From Balanoglossus misakiensis (Eukaryota > Animalia > Hemichordata): a stretch of 64,000 nucleotides of DNA. Location: contig CM082596.2 of the NCBI GenBank assembly GCA_040954595.2, forward strand, positions 8,133,024-8,197,023, written 5' to 3'. A program made the translations under genes and the position numbers. The notes beneath the pieces were generated by a model. The model saw only the letters and a program-made list of their open reading frames with translations. It did no database searches and was not told the DNA's origin. Below, in pieces: positions 53,401 through 62,794 of the stretch (positions are counted from its first letter, which is position 1; each line of letters begins with the position of its first letter).

Positions 53401-56400
53401 TGTTTGATACAAGACACCGTTTTATGATATTCTACATGTGGATATATAGTGAATCAACGTTCAACCACACACAACTTCCATCCCACTTGTAGACACAAGA
53501 GTGAAAAGCTCGCCAAAATGAATAATCAGTCTTTACCATTTATTCATTTTGGCGAGATTTTTACTCTCATATCCTACAAACGGGAAGGAAGTTGTATGTG
53601 TTCGAACATTGATTCACTATATATCCACATGTAGAATAACATAAACAGTGCCTTGCATCAAACATAATTAATGGAAAAAGGGCAGCGAGAGAGAGACTTT
53701 GTCCTTTTAATTGTGGAAGAAGTCAGTCCATGTCTAACAGGGGTGACCAAGGGGTTAATGGATGAATATAATGAACATCACCATGGACCAGCAGTATAGG
53801 AGATACATGTATACTGTAAAACACTTTATTTTCGCGAGCAATAAATTTTCGCGAAATATGCGAGAGCCAAAATAGCGTGAAAATAAAAAGTCGCGAAATT
53901 TTTTTTTGAAGATAACGATGCAGTGAATGAAATTAGAGAACGCGAAAATTAATACTCGCGAAACAGTGGCCTCTCTCGATATCGCGAAAATTTCAACTCG
54001 CGAAAATAAAGTGTTTTACAGTACCTTTACTGAGTAAACTTTTGATGTTGCCTCCAAAGCCTCTTTTCTCCATTGCAGATTTCTTTTTGGATTGAGCCTT
54101 GCTCTGATATTTCTCTACTGTGATATGCATTCTATGTACAACAGGGTTGACATCGGGAGGTACCATTCGCGGATTGTGTGGATACAGAATCATTGCTTTA
54201 TTGCCCTTCATTGCACGATGGATACTCCGCTTGTTTAACTGGCTTTGATTGTAAATCTAGAATAAAGAAAACAAATCATTGTCACTAACATGGTCCCCAC
54301 TGGAACATTTCTTCGGTATCAAATGACGTCAGATGCGCTCAGGCGGCAGTTACGTTCGCATTCAAATTTCCAGATGACGGGCAAATTCAGCAACGTGGAC
54401 TTCCGTGGTGCACACAAAGACTGTGCAGACGAAATGCAACGAGGCTGATGAGGCACCATACCTGATACATGTTACGTGTCTGGCGGTTTTAAAGTAAAAA
54501 CACACTCAGAAAAACTTTTACTGGATGCCGAAATATTGCTTGCCCGTCATCTGGAAATGACAACGCCGTGGGTAAAATGGCCAGATCACGTGATTGATAG
54601 TAAAGAATAGAAAACTCTTAAAGATGTATGATCAGTAAAATTGAAAGTATTGTCATTTCTTGTAATTGTAGATTTTTGGTTTCTCATTTGTATGTATAAT
54701 GAAAATCCGTAATAAAATATAAGGGTCACCGTGCCTATTTTTTGAAATACAAGGCAGCAAATTTTAAATTTATTGTTAGAGAAAATATCCTGTTTTACAG
54801 TATTTGAATCTACTAATCTAGCAAAAATGCAAAAAGATGCAGCTATGTAGGCTTTCAAGTAGCAGGGTCAACTTACAGATTCTTCCTTGCCTTCAGTGAC
54901 CAACATAACAATTCGACCTTGGCGTTTTCTACCAGTACGTCCCATTCTCTGCACTAATCGGATTGGACTTTTGTGAGCATCATAACATATGATAAGATCC
55001 ACATCTCCAATGTCAAGACCTTCTTCGCCAACGCATGTTGATACCAAGGTGTTGTAGCCACCTTCACGAAAGGCTTTCACAACCTGCATTCAATAATTAT
55101 AATAACGTATAATATTTTATTGCATGAAAGGCCACCGGCCCATCGTATTTGAATCATCAAAATATTATAAAAGTACAAATTAAACACCAAGTATTCATTT
55201 TGGCAAAATTTTTACTCTTGTGTCTACAATTGGGATGGAAGTCGTATGTGGATGAACGTTGATTCACTATATACCCACATGTAGAATAACATACATGGAT
55301 CGGTGTCTTGTATCAAACAAAATTAATGGCACACGGGCAGCAAGAGAGAGACTTTGTCCCTTTAATGACAAACTTACTCTGAGTTGCTCCTTCTGAGTAA
55401 ATCCTTTGGTGTTTTTACCAGCAGACGCTTGCCCTACAAAACTCATGACACGTACACTGGGCTGGTGTTGATTCAGCATATCTGTGATTTCTTGCACACT
55501 ATCTCTGTACTGGGAAAATATCATGATACGTGTACTCGCAATGTCCTTTACAGTTCCTTCTGAACTGTTCCCTACAGAAATAAATCACAGAGAAGAAAAT
55601 TCAACATAGTGATTTGGGCAGAAAAGTCACCAGGGGCAAAAGCAATGGTTTTTATAGGTGGGGTTCAAGTCCTGCCATGGCCACAGTGGATTTAGCCAAT
55701 CCTTATCTCTCAGTCTCACACTCCTGGTTTTTTACTTAGTCAGATAGAATGAATGAATGAATGAATGAATGAATGAATGAATGAATGAATGAATGAATGA
55801 ATGAATGAATGAATGAATGAATGAATGAACTTTATTTCACCAGAGATACGTCAATATGTATAATACACAGAATGTAAAAGAAAGATGTTTACATATTTCC
55901 AGTGTGGACCATGGAAATAAGATGTTTGGAAATAGGCGTTCATATCATGCAGCCATGTGCGCGAAAATGTTGGGCTACATTTATAGGGCAAGGGTCAAGG
56001 GTGAATTTTGCATAAATGTCTTCTTAGAATTTGGTTAGGGACAAGCTCATTTTCAAACATGTGGCACCGCATTCGGTTTCTGTTAGAGTTACTATCCTTG
56101 TAATTACAGAGTGAGCGATTTATTTTTCATGATCATTGCTGGCTGGATGTCTGAACACCAGCTCTACAGACTGCAAACATTAAAGGTATACAGTCACCTC
56201 CAATTTACATACGCCCATATATGGCTGAAATGGCGTATTTGAGCATTCTAAAGAACATATGGTGGCGCTCTTTTTTTCGCGTGTGCCACCCACTGAAAAT
56301 CTGTGATTGGCTAGATCTCAGTTTGCTATGGTAACTATAGCTAATTTTCCACCGGTGACCGTATACCTTTAATAGTCAGAGGAAGAGATAGTGAAATTTC

Positions 56401-58190
56401 CCTTTAAGTGGACTGGGGTTTGGGCAAGGACCTTCTAAAAATTAATGTGACAACTAATGAGGTTCAGTGCAGAGTACTTGTGTGTTTGACTGCATGCAAC
56501 AAAACTTTGTACGCACACAAATAAAATGTATCCATTGCGTGCGGTGGACATCAAAAATAAGCACGAACACTGAATCAGCAAACCTGATAAGCTTTGTCGT
56601 ATTGCAGCAGAGCTAAATACAGACAAACGCAGGCATGCCAATAAGAGCTGCGTTCATCCACCAAGAAACTTTTAACATGTACAACCTACAAAAACAAGAC
56701 CTATGGCGGCCGTGCCTTCTCCTATGCAGCCCCTAAACTGTGGAACGCACTACCTCTTGACATGAGGGAATCTACAAACCTGGAGACTTTCAAAAGAAAA
56801 CTTAAAACTCATATGTTAGAAAGAGCATACATGTACATTGTGGTTTAACCATGAGCGTCATTGGGCAAAATTTCTTGTTTAGGATTTTGACACTATATGA
56901 ACTTTTTGTTGTTGATTGATTGAAGAGCTCACCTTGATCCCACTTTTGGAAATGTTCCAAAACAACTTCTCGAAGTTTGCCCATCTTTGGGTGACTGACA
57001 ACAAACAGCTTCTCAGGCTGCATTGTCGATGTCCCTCCAGGCCCCGAAAACAGTCCACTCACATTGGCGTTCGCACTACCCTCATGGCCATATTTCTCTC
57101 TCAAAGCGTCTAACAATGCCACAAAGTTGGCATTTCTGCTCAATTCCGATCTGGCTCGTGAGACGCCTTTGGATCCGTCAATCATACTTTGCACAAACAG
57201 GTACAACGATCTCATCCCATGTTGGAAGAGCAGCTCATAACCGTGATACAGACTGATGCACATTGCAAAGTCGCCCTCTATCATTCCTTGTTGAGATTTT
57301 CCCTGGTCGAGAAAGTGACAAAATCAGATTTGGTTATGGTTATGGAAGCAACCCACGCAATGCTGTACATACAGGTGAAGTCAGAACAACTCTCACTTTT
57401 GGATTTTTTTAACGTTTTTTTTTCTCCCGTGTCTCAACTCTGGTTTCTTGTTCAACTCTAGGAAGCTTTATGAAATGCTCAGTCTTTATCTTGTCAACAA
57501 AACCTGCACATAATACAAATTTTAACAATGACAATACAATGCTAATTACTACAAATACAATAGGACTGTGTCAACTTAAAACAAAAAACAAAAAAAAACA
57601 AATACTGAGCAATTTATGTTTTACAGTGTAAAATGAGAAACCACTGTCCATACCCAAAACAAAAAAAGAATTTATCCTTGAAAATGTGATATACACGATA
57701 CATGATATCAGTTGTAGTTGGACTAATCACACAGGCACTTTCTCAATTCCACGAGAATTGAAAGTGCCTGTCTACATGTACAAGTATGCAGGCAGACAGG
57801 CAGATTATCACTATCAGACACTGACTGATCAAATTACAGTAATTAAAAAGTAATCAGTCATTTACATTTTTCACCATAACTTTAATATATCATCATAAGG
57901 AAGGACAAGTTATAGAAAACAAACCTGTATATTGGTTGGTGGATTGCAACGAAACTCCTCTCTGGCTTTGAGAATCATAAATTTCGATAAACTTGTCACT
58001 TCCCGTTTGTAGAGGACATGGTTTTTTATCAGTCTGTTTACATATTCAGTAAGAATCTATTCAGAAAGAAACAAGAAATCAAGATTTAATGTTTCTTACT
58101 TTACACATCTACATCTTTTAATAGACATTATTTATCATCGCCACTACCACCACCACCACCACCACCATTATCATCATCATCGTCATCATC

Positions 58191-58221
<31 letters not shown>

Positions 58222-60990
58222 CCATCACCATCACCATCATCATCATCACACACACCAGGGAAGCCATTACTCCTAGACAACTGAACACCCGCATGATTCT
58301 AGCATCAAAAAATATGATTCAGCTAGTTTATACTGACCTTGACGTATTGATCCTTAACATCTTTAATTTCATCATCCAGCTTGACGACTATTTTCTCCAC
58401 TTTTCTCTCGTGGACATACGGTTTAATGTCGATAGCATCTTCTGATCTGATTTCAACATGGGCAATCAGTAAGTTGTTCAAAACTTCCTGTACTTGCTGT
58501 TTAGAAAACAAAATACATCTTCAACTTTTGAATATAAATTATGACTTTGAAAGGGACATTACTGCAACTTTTGACTTTATTTTCAGTATTTTCATTTTTA
58601 CCAGAATTAAAAACTATTGGCAGAAGTTGCATTCCAGGGCTTTATCAACTATGTATTTCTAATCATGTAGCACATACATTTTTTGTATGTAAAAATCGGC
58701 TGGACTGTGTAGAAAAGTTGCTTTGATCAAAAATTGAAAACAACTTGCCCAAAAATACACTGCAGATTTTGAACCAATTTCAAAGACAGCTCATCTTTTT
58801 GGCAGCCCATATTGTTTGAGGTACACTTTTGACAACTACGATCGAAACCAACACATAAAGCCTAAGAACTATGGATAATGTGTTATAATGACCCCCATCA
58901 CCATTCACAAATAAATCAAAAAGTCAAGAAATGTCCCCAAGGCTAATGAAAACATGGCACGTGTACATGTAGGTATGACAATGTTCTGATTGAGCTTGCA
59001 TCTTGCCAGTGACAAAACATTCATGATGTACATGCCAGAAGTGTCAAAATACCATTTTTGCATCAAATGATATTTTTGTGTGTGTGTCAAATATGGGACC
59101 ACTGGTGTGTAAACAACTCTTATGGATTGGAACCACAGACAAGTGTTTTTTGACACAATTCAGTGGCAAGATGGTGTTACCACAAGAGTTGCTTCAAGTG
59201 CTAGTCTGTCCTGCAAGTAAAAAAATCTAACTTAAGATCTCCTTACCTTCATATCACTACCTGGTGTTGCACTCAAAGCCAAAACTCTAAATTGCTGTGT
59301 ATATCGGATAAGCTCCTTCACCACCTATAACCGAAAAATTCAATATTCTTTATACCGTAAAACACTTTATTTTCGCGAGCAATAAATTTTCGCGAAATAC
59401 GCGACAGCCAAAGTAGAGTGAAAATAAAAAGTCGAGTAATTTTTTTTTGCAGATAACGATGCAGTGAATGATAAAAGAGAACGCGAAAATAATACTCGCG
59501 AAACAGTGGCCTCTCTCGATATCGCGAAAATTTTAGTGTTTTACAGTATGAAAATTTCACATTCATACAATATCAGCTGAGCCTGTTGTTAACGTGATGT
59601 ACACAACTTTTCTTCTGTCTACAATTTCAACATTTGTACTTGTACATAAAGACGTAATCCCATAAGGTGGGGGTGGGGGGGGGGGGGCAAAGGGTTCAAC
59701 TTTCACTGACCTGACAATATGCATGATTTCCCAGTGCTTTGTGAGCTTCATCAACTACAAGACATTTGATATCCTGGGAGGGACATGCACCTCGACTGAT
59801 GTCATTTGTCATCACCTGCGGAGTCAGAAAGAATACCCTCTTCTGCTTCCAGGCCCTCAATCTTTCTGATGGTGGCATACTCCCTTGTGAAAAAACAACA
59901 AAAAACATTCATATTTTTATATTTTTACAATTTTGATGTATGTGTAGGGTCTATGCTGTAACTTGGTTATTTTGTAGTACATACTTTTGTTTTGTGTATT
60001 AACCAGCTTTGGTTGTTCTCCTTCCAGCCTGTCAACAAGTCATGTGTATGTTTCTCAGTGATTATTGTTGTTGACAAACATTCAAGTCCAGGCTTGAATA
60101 TAATTGTAAACAAAAACAATGTGGATTGTCTGGAGATTAAAACTAACTATTAACACTTCGCAGAGCCGAACAAGAAAACCAAGACAGTTAAAACACATAA
60201 AATAATACACTGAAAATAGACAATTATGGTCAATGGTAACAGATCATGAGATAGTGAACATTCGCTTTATACAAGTTCAAGTTGTCCAATATCATGTATA
60301 TGAAACGAAGGTTCACTATCTGTGACTGACTGATACTTTACCTGTCATTTCTGCTGTGTGTTGCTGTGGTATTCCCATAATATTGTAACATGCCTCTATT
60401 TGTTGACCAACTAAAGGTTTAGTGGGAGCCATGAAGACTATTTTGCCTTGTGGGTACCAACGGTAGAAGTTGTACATAACAACGGCTGCAATAAAGGTCT
60501 TTCCAAGACCTGTTGGTAACGTGACCATCGTGTTTTTGAACAGGGCTCGCTGTACGATATTAAATTGGTAATCTCTGACTGGATAGTTGGTGGGATATAT
60601 CCACATGTTACCAGCCGAATAATCAAATCCAGGGATGTTACTTTCTGTTGAATGATGTTTATCTGTACCAGGTGTTGAATCTGGCAATGGTAATCCCGTT
60701 GTTGGCGCACAGTTTTGGCCGTGCGCACTGGTCGATTGCTGTTCGGTGGCCACATTGTCCATCTCCATGGCAGCGGCAAGTAACGCTTCATCATCGAGAT
60801 CATCAAGAACATCTTCGTAAAAGTTGCTATCCTTTTTCGTGTCTGAATGACCGTCAAATTTCTCAAAAGCACAACCACTTCCGGTGGTAGTTGATGACGG
60901 TCCCCTGGCGACAGCGCCTGCAGAAGTGCCTTGTTTTACATGTCCCCAACTCTGGAATAGGGTCGTTTGCTTAACTGTCTTCTCGCTCAT
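41463..60990 (-). CDS. FANCM: Fanconi anemia group M helicase/translocase, 21 coding exons, ~2347 aa
   Basis: Exons 5'->3': 60342-60990, 59711-59883, 59247-59324, 58338-58496, 57925-58056, 56933-57302, 55378-55571, 54877-55083, 54025-54256, 52994-53148, 49595-52130, 49311-49489, 48474-48659, 47985-48144, 46752-47665, 45057-45264, 43925-44054, 43640-43719, 43228-43325, 42506-42600, 41463-41571. All GT-AG, phases consistent, 7044 nt. N-terminal PIP box QTTLFQSW; [13 protein letters not shown]; LPTGLGKT; DEAH; SAT; EEGLDIG; QRMGRTGR; MHF-binding region [19 protein letters not shown]; ERCC4 VDSRE..CDY..ERKAWAD; (HhH)2 [21 protein letters not shown]. Confidence 0.97.
41639..41997. mobile_element. 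Kolobok/T2-like MITE family A
   Basis: TTAA-AGGGACAAAGTCTCTCT...AGAGAGACTTTGTCCCT-TTAA. Confidence 0.92.
42238..42441. mobile_element. MITE family B (opposite orientation to 40139)
   Basis: TA-CTGTAAAACAC...GTGTTTTACAG-TA. Confidence 0.88.
42926..43117. mobile_element. MITE family B
   Basis: Near-identical to 40139-40345 with a small internal deletion. Confidence 0.85.
43228..45264 (-). CDS. FANCM: FANCM exons 16-19 (ERCC4 nuclease-like domain)
   Basis: Spliced translation [49 protein letters not shown]|[33 protein letters not shown]...IKVIYSDSQ|[18 protein letters not shown]. Confidence 0.9.
44262..44612. mobile_element. Kolobok/T2-like MITE family A
   Basis: TTAA TSD and family termini. 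Confidence 0.9.
44706..45041. mobile_element. Kolobok/T2-like MITE family A
   Basis: TTAA TSD and family termini; ends 15 nt from the exon 16 donor. Confidence 0.92.
45297..45587. mobile_element. Kolobok-like TTAA MITE (family E)
   Basis: TTAA-(A)AGCGCCTAGCTCGTCTC...GAGACGAGCTACGCGCT-TTAA, imperfect ~28-bp TIRs. Confidence 0.75.
46018..46646. mobile_element. TA-CCGTA non-autonomous DNA transposon (Tc2/pogo-like ends)
   Basis: TA-CCGTAGTTGCCCGGGTAAGAACCCC...GGGGCTCTTACCCGGCAAACTACGG-TA; internal direct repeat tcgaggccatatccgg.ctaaagccccc at about 46097 and 46558; GC-rich. Confidence 0.85.
46752..47665 (-). CDS. FANCM: FANCM exon 15
   Basis: tatatag|GC ATG ([10 protein letters not shown])...NRE|gtatgt; contains [12 protein letters not shown]. 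Confidence 0.88.
48173..48351. mobile_element. TA-CTGTA MITE related to family B
   Basis: TA-CTGTAAACCGGGAAATTTTCG...CGAAAATGTCCCGTTTTACAG-TA. Confidence 0.8.
48704..48966. mobile_element. Unclassified TIR element G
   Basis: TTATAATATACCTCATGCTAA...TTAGCATGAGGTTTATTATAA inverted termini. Confidence 0.7.
48961..49163. mobile_element. Unclassified foldback element H
   Basis: AACACCTATGGCCTGGC...GCCAGGCAATAGGTGTT termini; imperfectly palindromic along its length around the centre ctcggcctacggcctc. Confidence 0.75.
49595..52130 (-). CDS. FANCM: FANCM exon 11 (2536 nt, largely disordered central region)
   Basis: 866-aa ORF bounded by caacag| and G|gtaagt; contains the end of the MHF-binding segment and an MM2-like [11 protein letters not shown] motif. 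Confidence 0.92.
52232..52414. mobile_element. Kolobok/T2-like MITE family D
   Basis: TTAA-AGGTATACAGT...ACTGTATACCT-TTAA; nearly identical to 56184-56368. Confidence 0.9.
53359..53706. mobile_element. Kolobok/T2-like MITE family A
   Basis: TTAA TSD and family termini. Confidence 0.92.
53814..54021. mobile_element. MITE family B inserted in the exon 9 donor site
   Basis: Perfect TIRs; its TA TSD (54022-54023) is intron position +2/+3. Confidence 0.9.
55192..55361. mobile_element. MITE family A, partial (one end)
   Basis: ...AGAGAGACTTTGTCCCT-TTAA right end only. Confidence 0.8.
55746..55930 (-). repeat. (GAAT)n microsatellite of about 21 units, probably the 3' tail of a CR1-group LINE fragment
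   Basis: Minus strand reads ...gaAATAAAgt(TCAT)n, an AATAAA plus short-repeat tail typical of CR1/L2/Crack 3' ends. The microsatellite is certain; the LINE origin is inferred. Confidence 0.6.
56184..56368. mobile_element. Kolobok/T2-like MITE family D
   Basis: TTAA-AGGTATACAGTCACC...GGTGACCGTATACCT-TTAA. Confidence 0.9.
56687..56830 (+). mobile_element. L2/CR1-clade LINE ORF2 C-terminal fragment
   Basis: Translates [44 protein letters not shown], the typical G.RAFS..AP.LWN.LP...FK..LKT motif. Confidence 0.85.
58128..58248. repeat. (CAC/CAT)n compound trinucleotide repeat
   Basis: Direct inspection; lies in FANCM intron 4. Confidence 0.9.
59355..59546. mobile_element. MITE family B
   Basis: TA-CCGTAAAACAC...GTGTTTTACAG-TA. 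Confidence 0.88.
60342..60990 (-). CDS. FANCM: FANCM exon 1 (PIP box, Q-motif, Walker A)
   Basis: aagATGAGCGAG start; ends AEMT G|gtaaag. Confidence 0.93.
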
Positions 60991-61079
60991 CTTCCTCCAA
61001 ACTATGTCACATGACAAGGTTTAACCCACCTTCTGTCTTTTGGACCTCGCTGACATCGGTTTCCACATTCTCACAATGA

Positions 61080-61175
61080 ATGCACGGCGGAACTCGCGAG
61101 AATGACAGCACACTAAAAAATTGAAAATGGCGCTGGGGGTTGTCACGTGATTAAAGTTAACAGTCATGTGATCAA
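61080..61175 (-). promoter_or_regulatory. Putative FANCM core promoter
   Basis: About 100-180 bp upstream of the ATG: E2F-like TTCCGCC, CTCGCGAGA (CGCG-element-like), YY1-like AAAATGGCG, E-boxes GTCACGTGA and GTCATGTGA. Confidence 0.5.
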
Positions 61176-61829
61176 ATGTTTACACCAGTTTGTATGGTGA
61201 ACTTTAACTCGGTTCAAGTTGTGTAATAATGTCATTTGCAAGTTTTGTTTGTTTCTCCCATAAACGTTTGATACGAAAATAAAATACCAATCACAGACTT
61301 GAACAATTCAATACTCTGGGGAACAAATCAATGTATTTCATGCATGAAGGCAGTGTGCCCTCTATAAACAAACATACTTTTTAAAAGCTTCGAGTCAATT
61401 TGAGGATTATTATTAAAACATTCCTCTGTGACAGCCCTATAACTTTACATGTACTGTGGATAACTTTCTTGAGTCACCAGTGAGTTTGTTGAGTCAGTGG
61501 CGCATCATATCATGCAGGTATACGTATAAGCTATGTGCATGTACTTTTGAGTAAGAAAGATACCAATGAACACATTCACACACTTGTCAAACTTCACAGC
61601 CATATAATGCAACAAGGAAACAGAAATAAAAAGCAAACACTTCCTTTATTAACTACTGGCATTCCAAACCAGAACACTTTCCATAAAAGTGATTTCTGAG
61701 TAAAACAAATATGCACTCCAAAAATCTAAAACAAATTACATAGCAAAAAATCTATACGCTAGATTTACACTTTCTGCTGAGTTTATTCTCTGACTTACAG
61801 GAGATACTAGAGCATTCAATGATTTTGAA

Positions 61830-61913
61830 CCCCTTCACCACAATGGTTCAGTCCAAACCTATTGTTTTCTATGGGAAGGCTGGACCCTTAAATAGGGAAC
61901 CGGGAGTGAAGGG
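61830..61913. mobile_element. piggyBac-like MITE family C, diverged
   Basis: CCCCTTCAC...GTGAAGGG with the family core. Confidence 0.65.
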
Positions 61914-62739
61914 TTCAACTTTGGCTCTTTTATCAGGATTTTTCTCCCCTACACCAATTCTGGTTTCCTATTGTGCTCTGCACAATTTTTAGGTAATGTT
62001 CCGACTTAAGCTTCTCAACAAAACCTATACATGAGTAACGGCCATTGTTGTTGTTGTTGTTGTTGTTGACAAATGCATTCAAGTCCGGACTTGAATTCAT
62101 TTCCCTAGGACGATTAACAATTTGACTGAAAACAACAGAATGCCAAGATTTTTACATGAGCAGTAATTTGTGTTTTGGGCCTTGCCAAGTTAAATTAATC
62201 AATCAGCATATTGAATCCTTTGGTATCACCTTAATTAGTCAGTTTGAACATTTTGCCATTTGGTGCTTAATGCAAAACACCGTAGACCTTAAACATGATT
62301 GAAAATTATGCCCACTTGAAAAAAGCAGACAAATGTAATTTGTCATTAGAGTGATAACGAACTGACGTGACAATATCAGAAGAGAGTTGTTTGAATTACA
62401 CTTACAGCTTCTCAGATCCAAACTGAAAATGTAATTGAAGGACTACACACACTTGTACGCATACATACCGGTACACACACTTGCCCAGTTGTAGCTGATT
62501 TTTAAAGACATCTTTCCCCATCGTCACAATGTGTAACATTTCTGAAGTGATGAATAAAGTGATAGCAAGTGACCAACTTCAAGAATAGACTTATGAACTT
62601 GTTAATCTTCAACCCATTCATGGTGGAGGTACTCTATGATTGCAACCATAATGTTATGTAGCCAGTTCGGAATATTTCACAACCACTGTTCTGGACTTAT
62701 CGAACAGCCCTTCAGGACTTTACGCGCGTGATTCAGTGG

Positions 62740-62794
62740 CTAGATAACGCTGTCAGATGTCTGTTCCAGCTCCTTCAAAGCCATTTGTGCAAAC
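62740..62794 (-). CDS. Probable terminal coding exon of an upstream, unidentified minus-strand gene
   Basis: Acceptor ggtttcag|, then G TTT GCA CAA ATG... = FAQMALKELEQTSDSVI* (phase 2; phase 0 would give VCTNGFEGAGTDI*). Followed by a UTR-like region and minus-strand AATAAA at about 61645 and 61782. Confidence 0.4.

Noticed and set aside
16345-53634. Similar peptides recurring in several ORFs ([24 protein letters not shown]) suggesting a small gene family
   Set aside because: They are translations of MITE family A, not genes.
58128-58248. Poly-His-coding-like tract
   Set aside because: Intronic trinucleotide microsatellite with no splice or ORF support.
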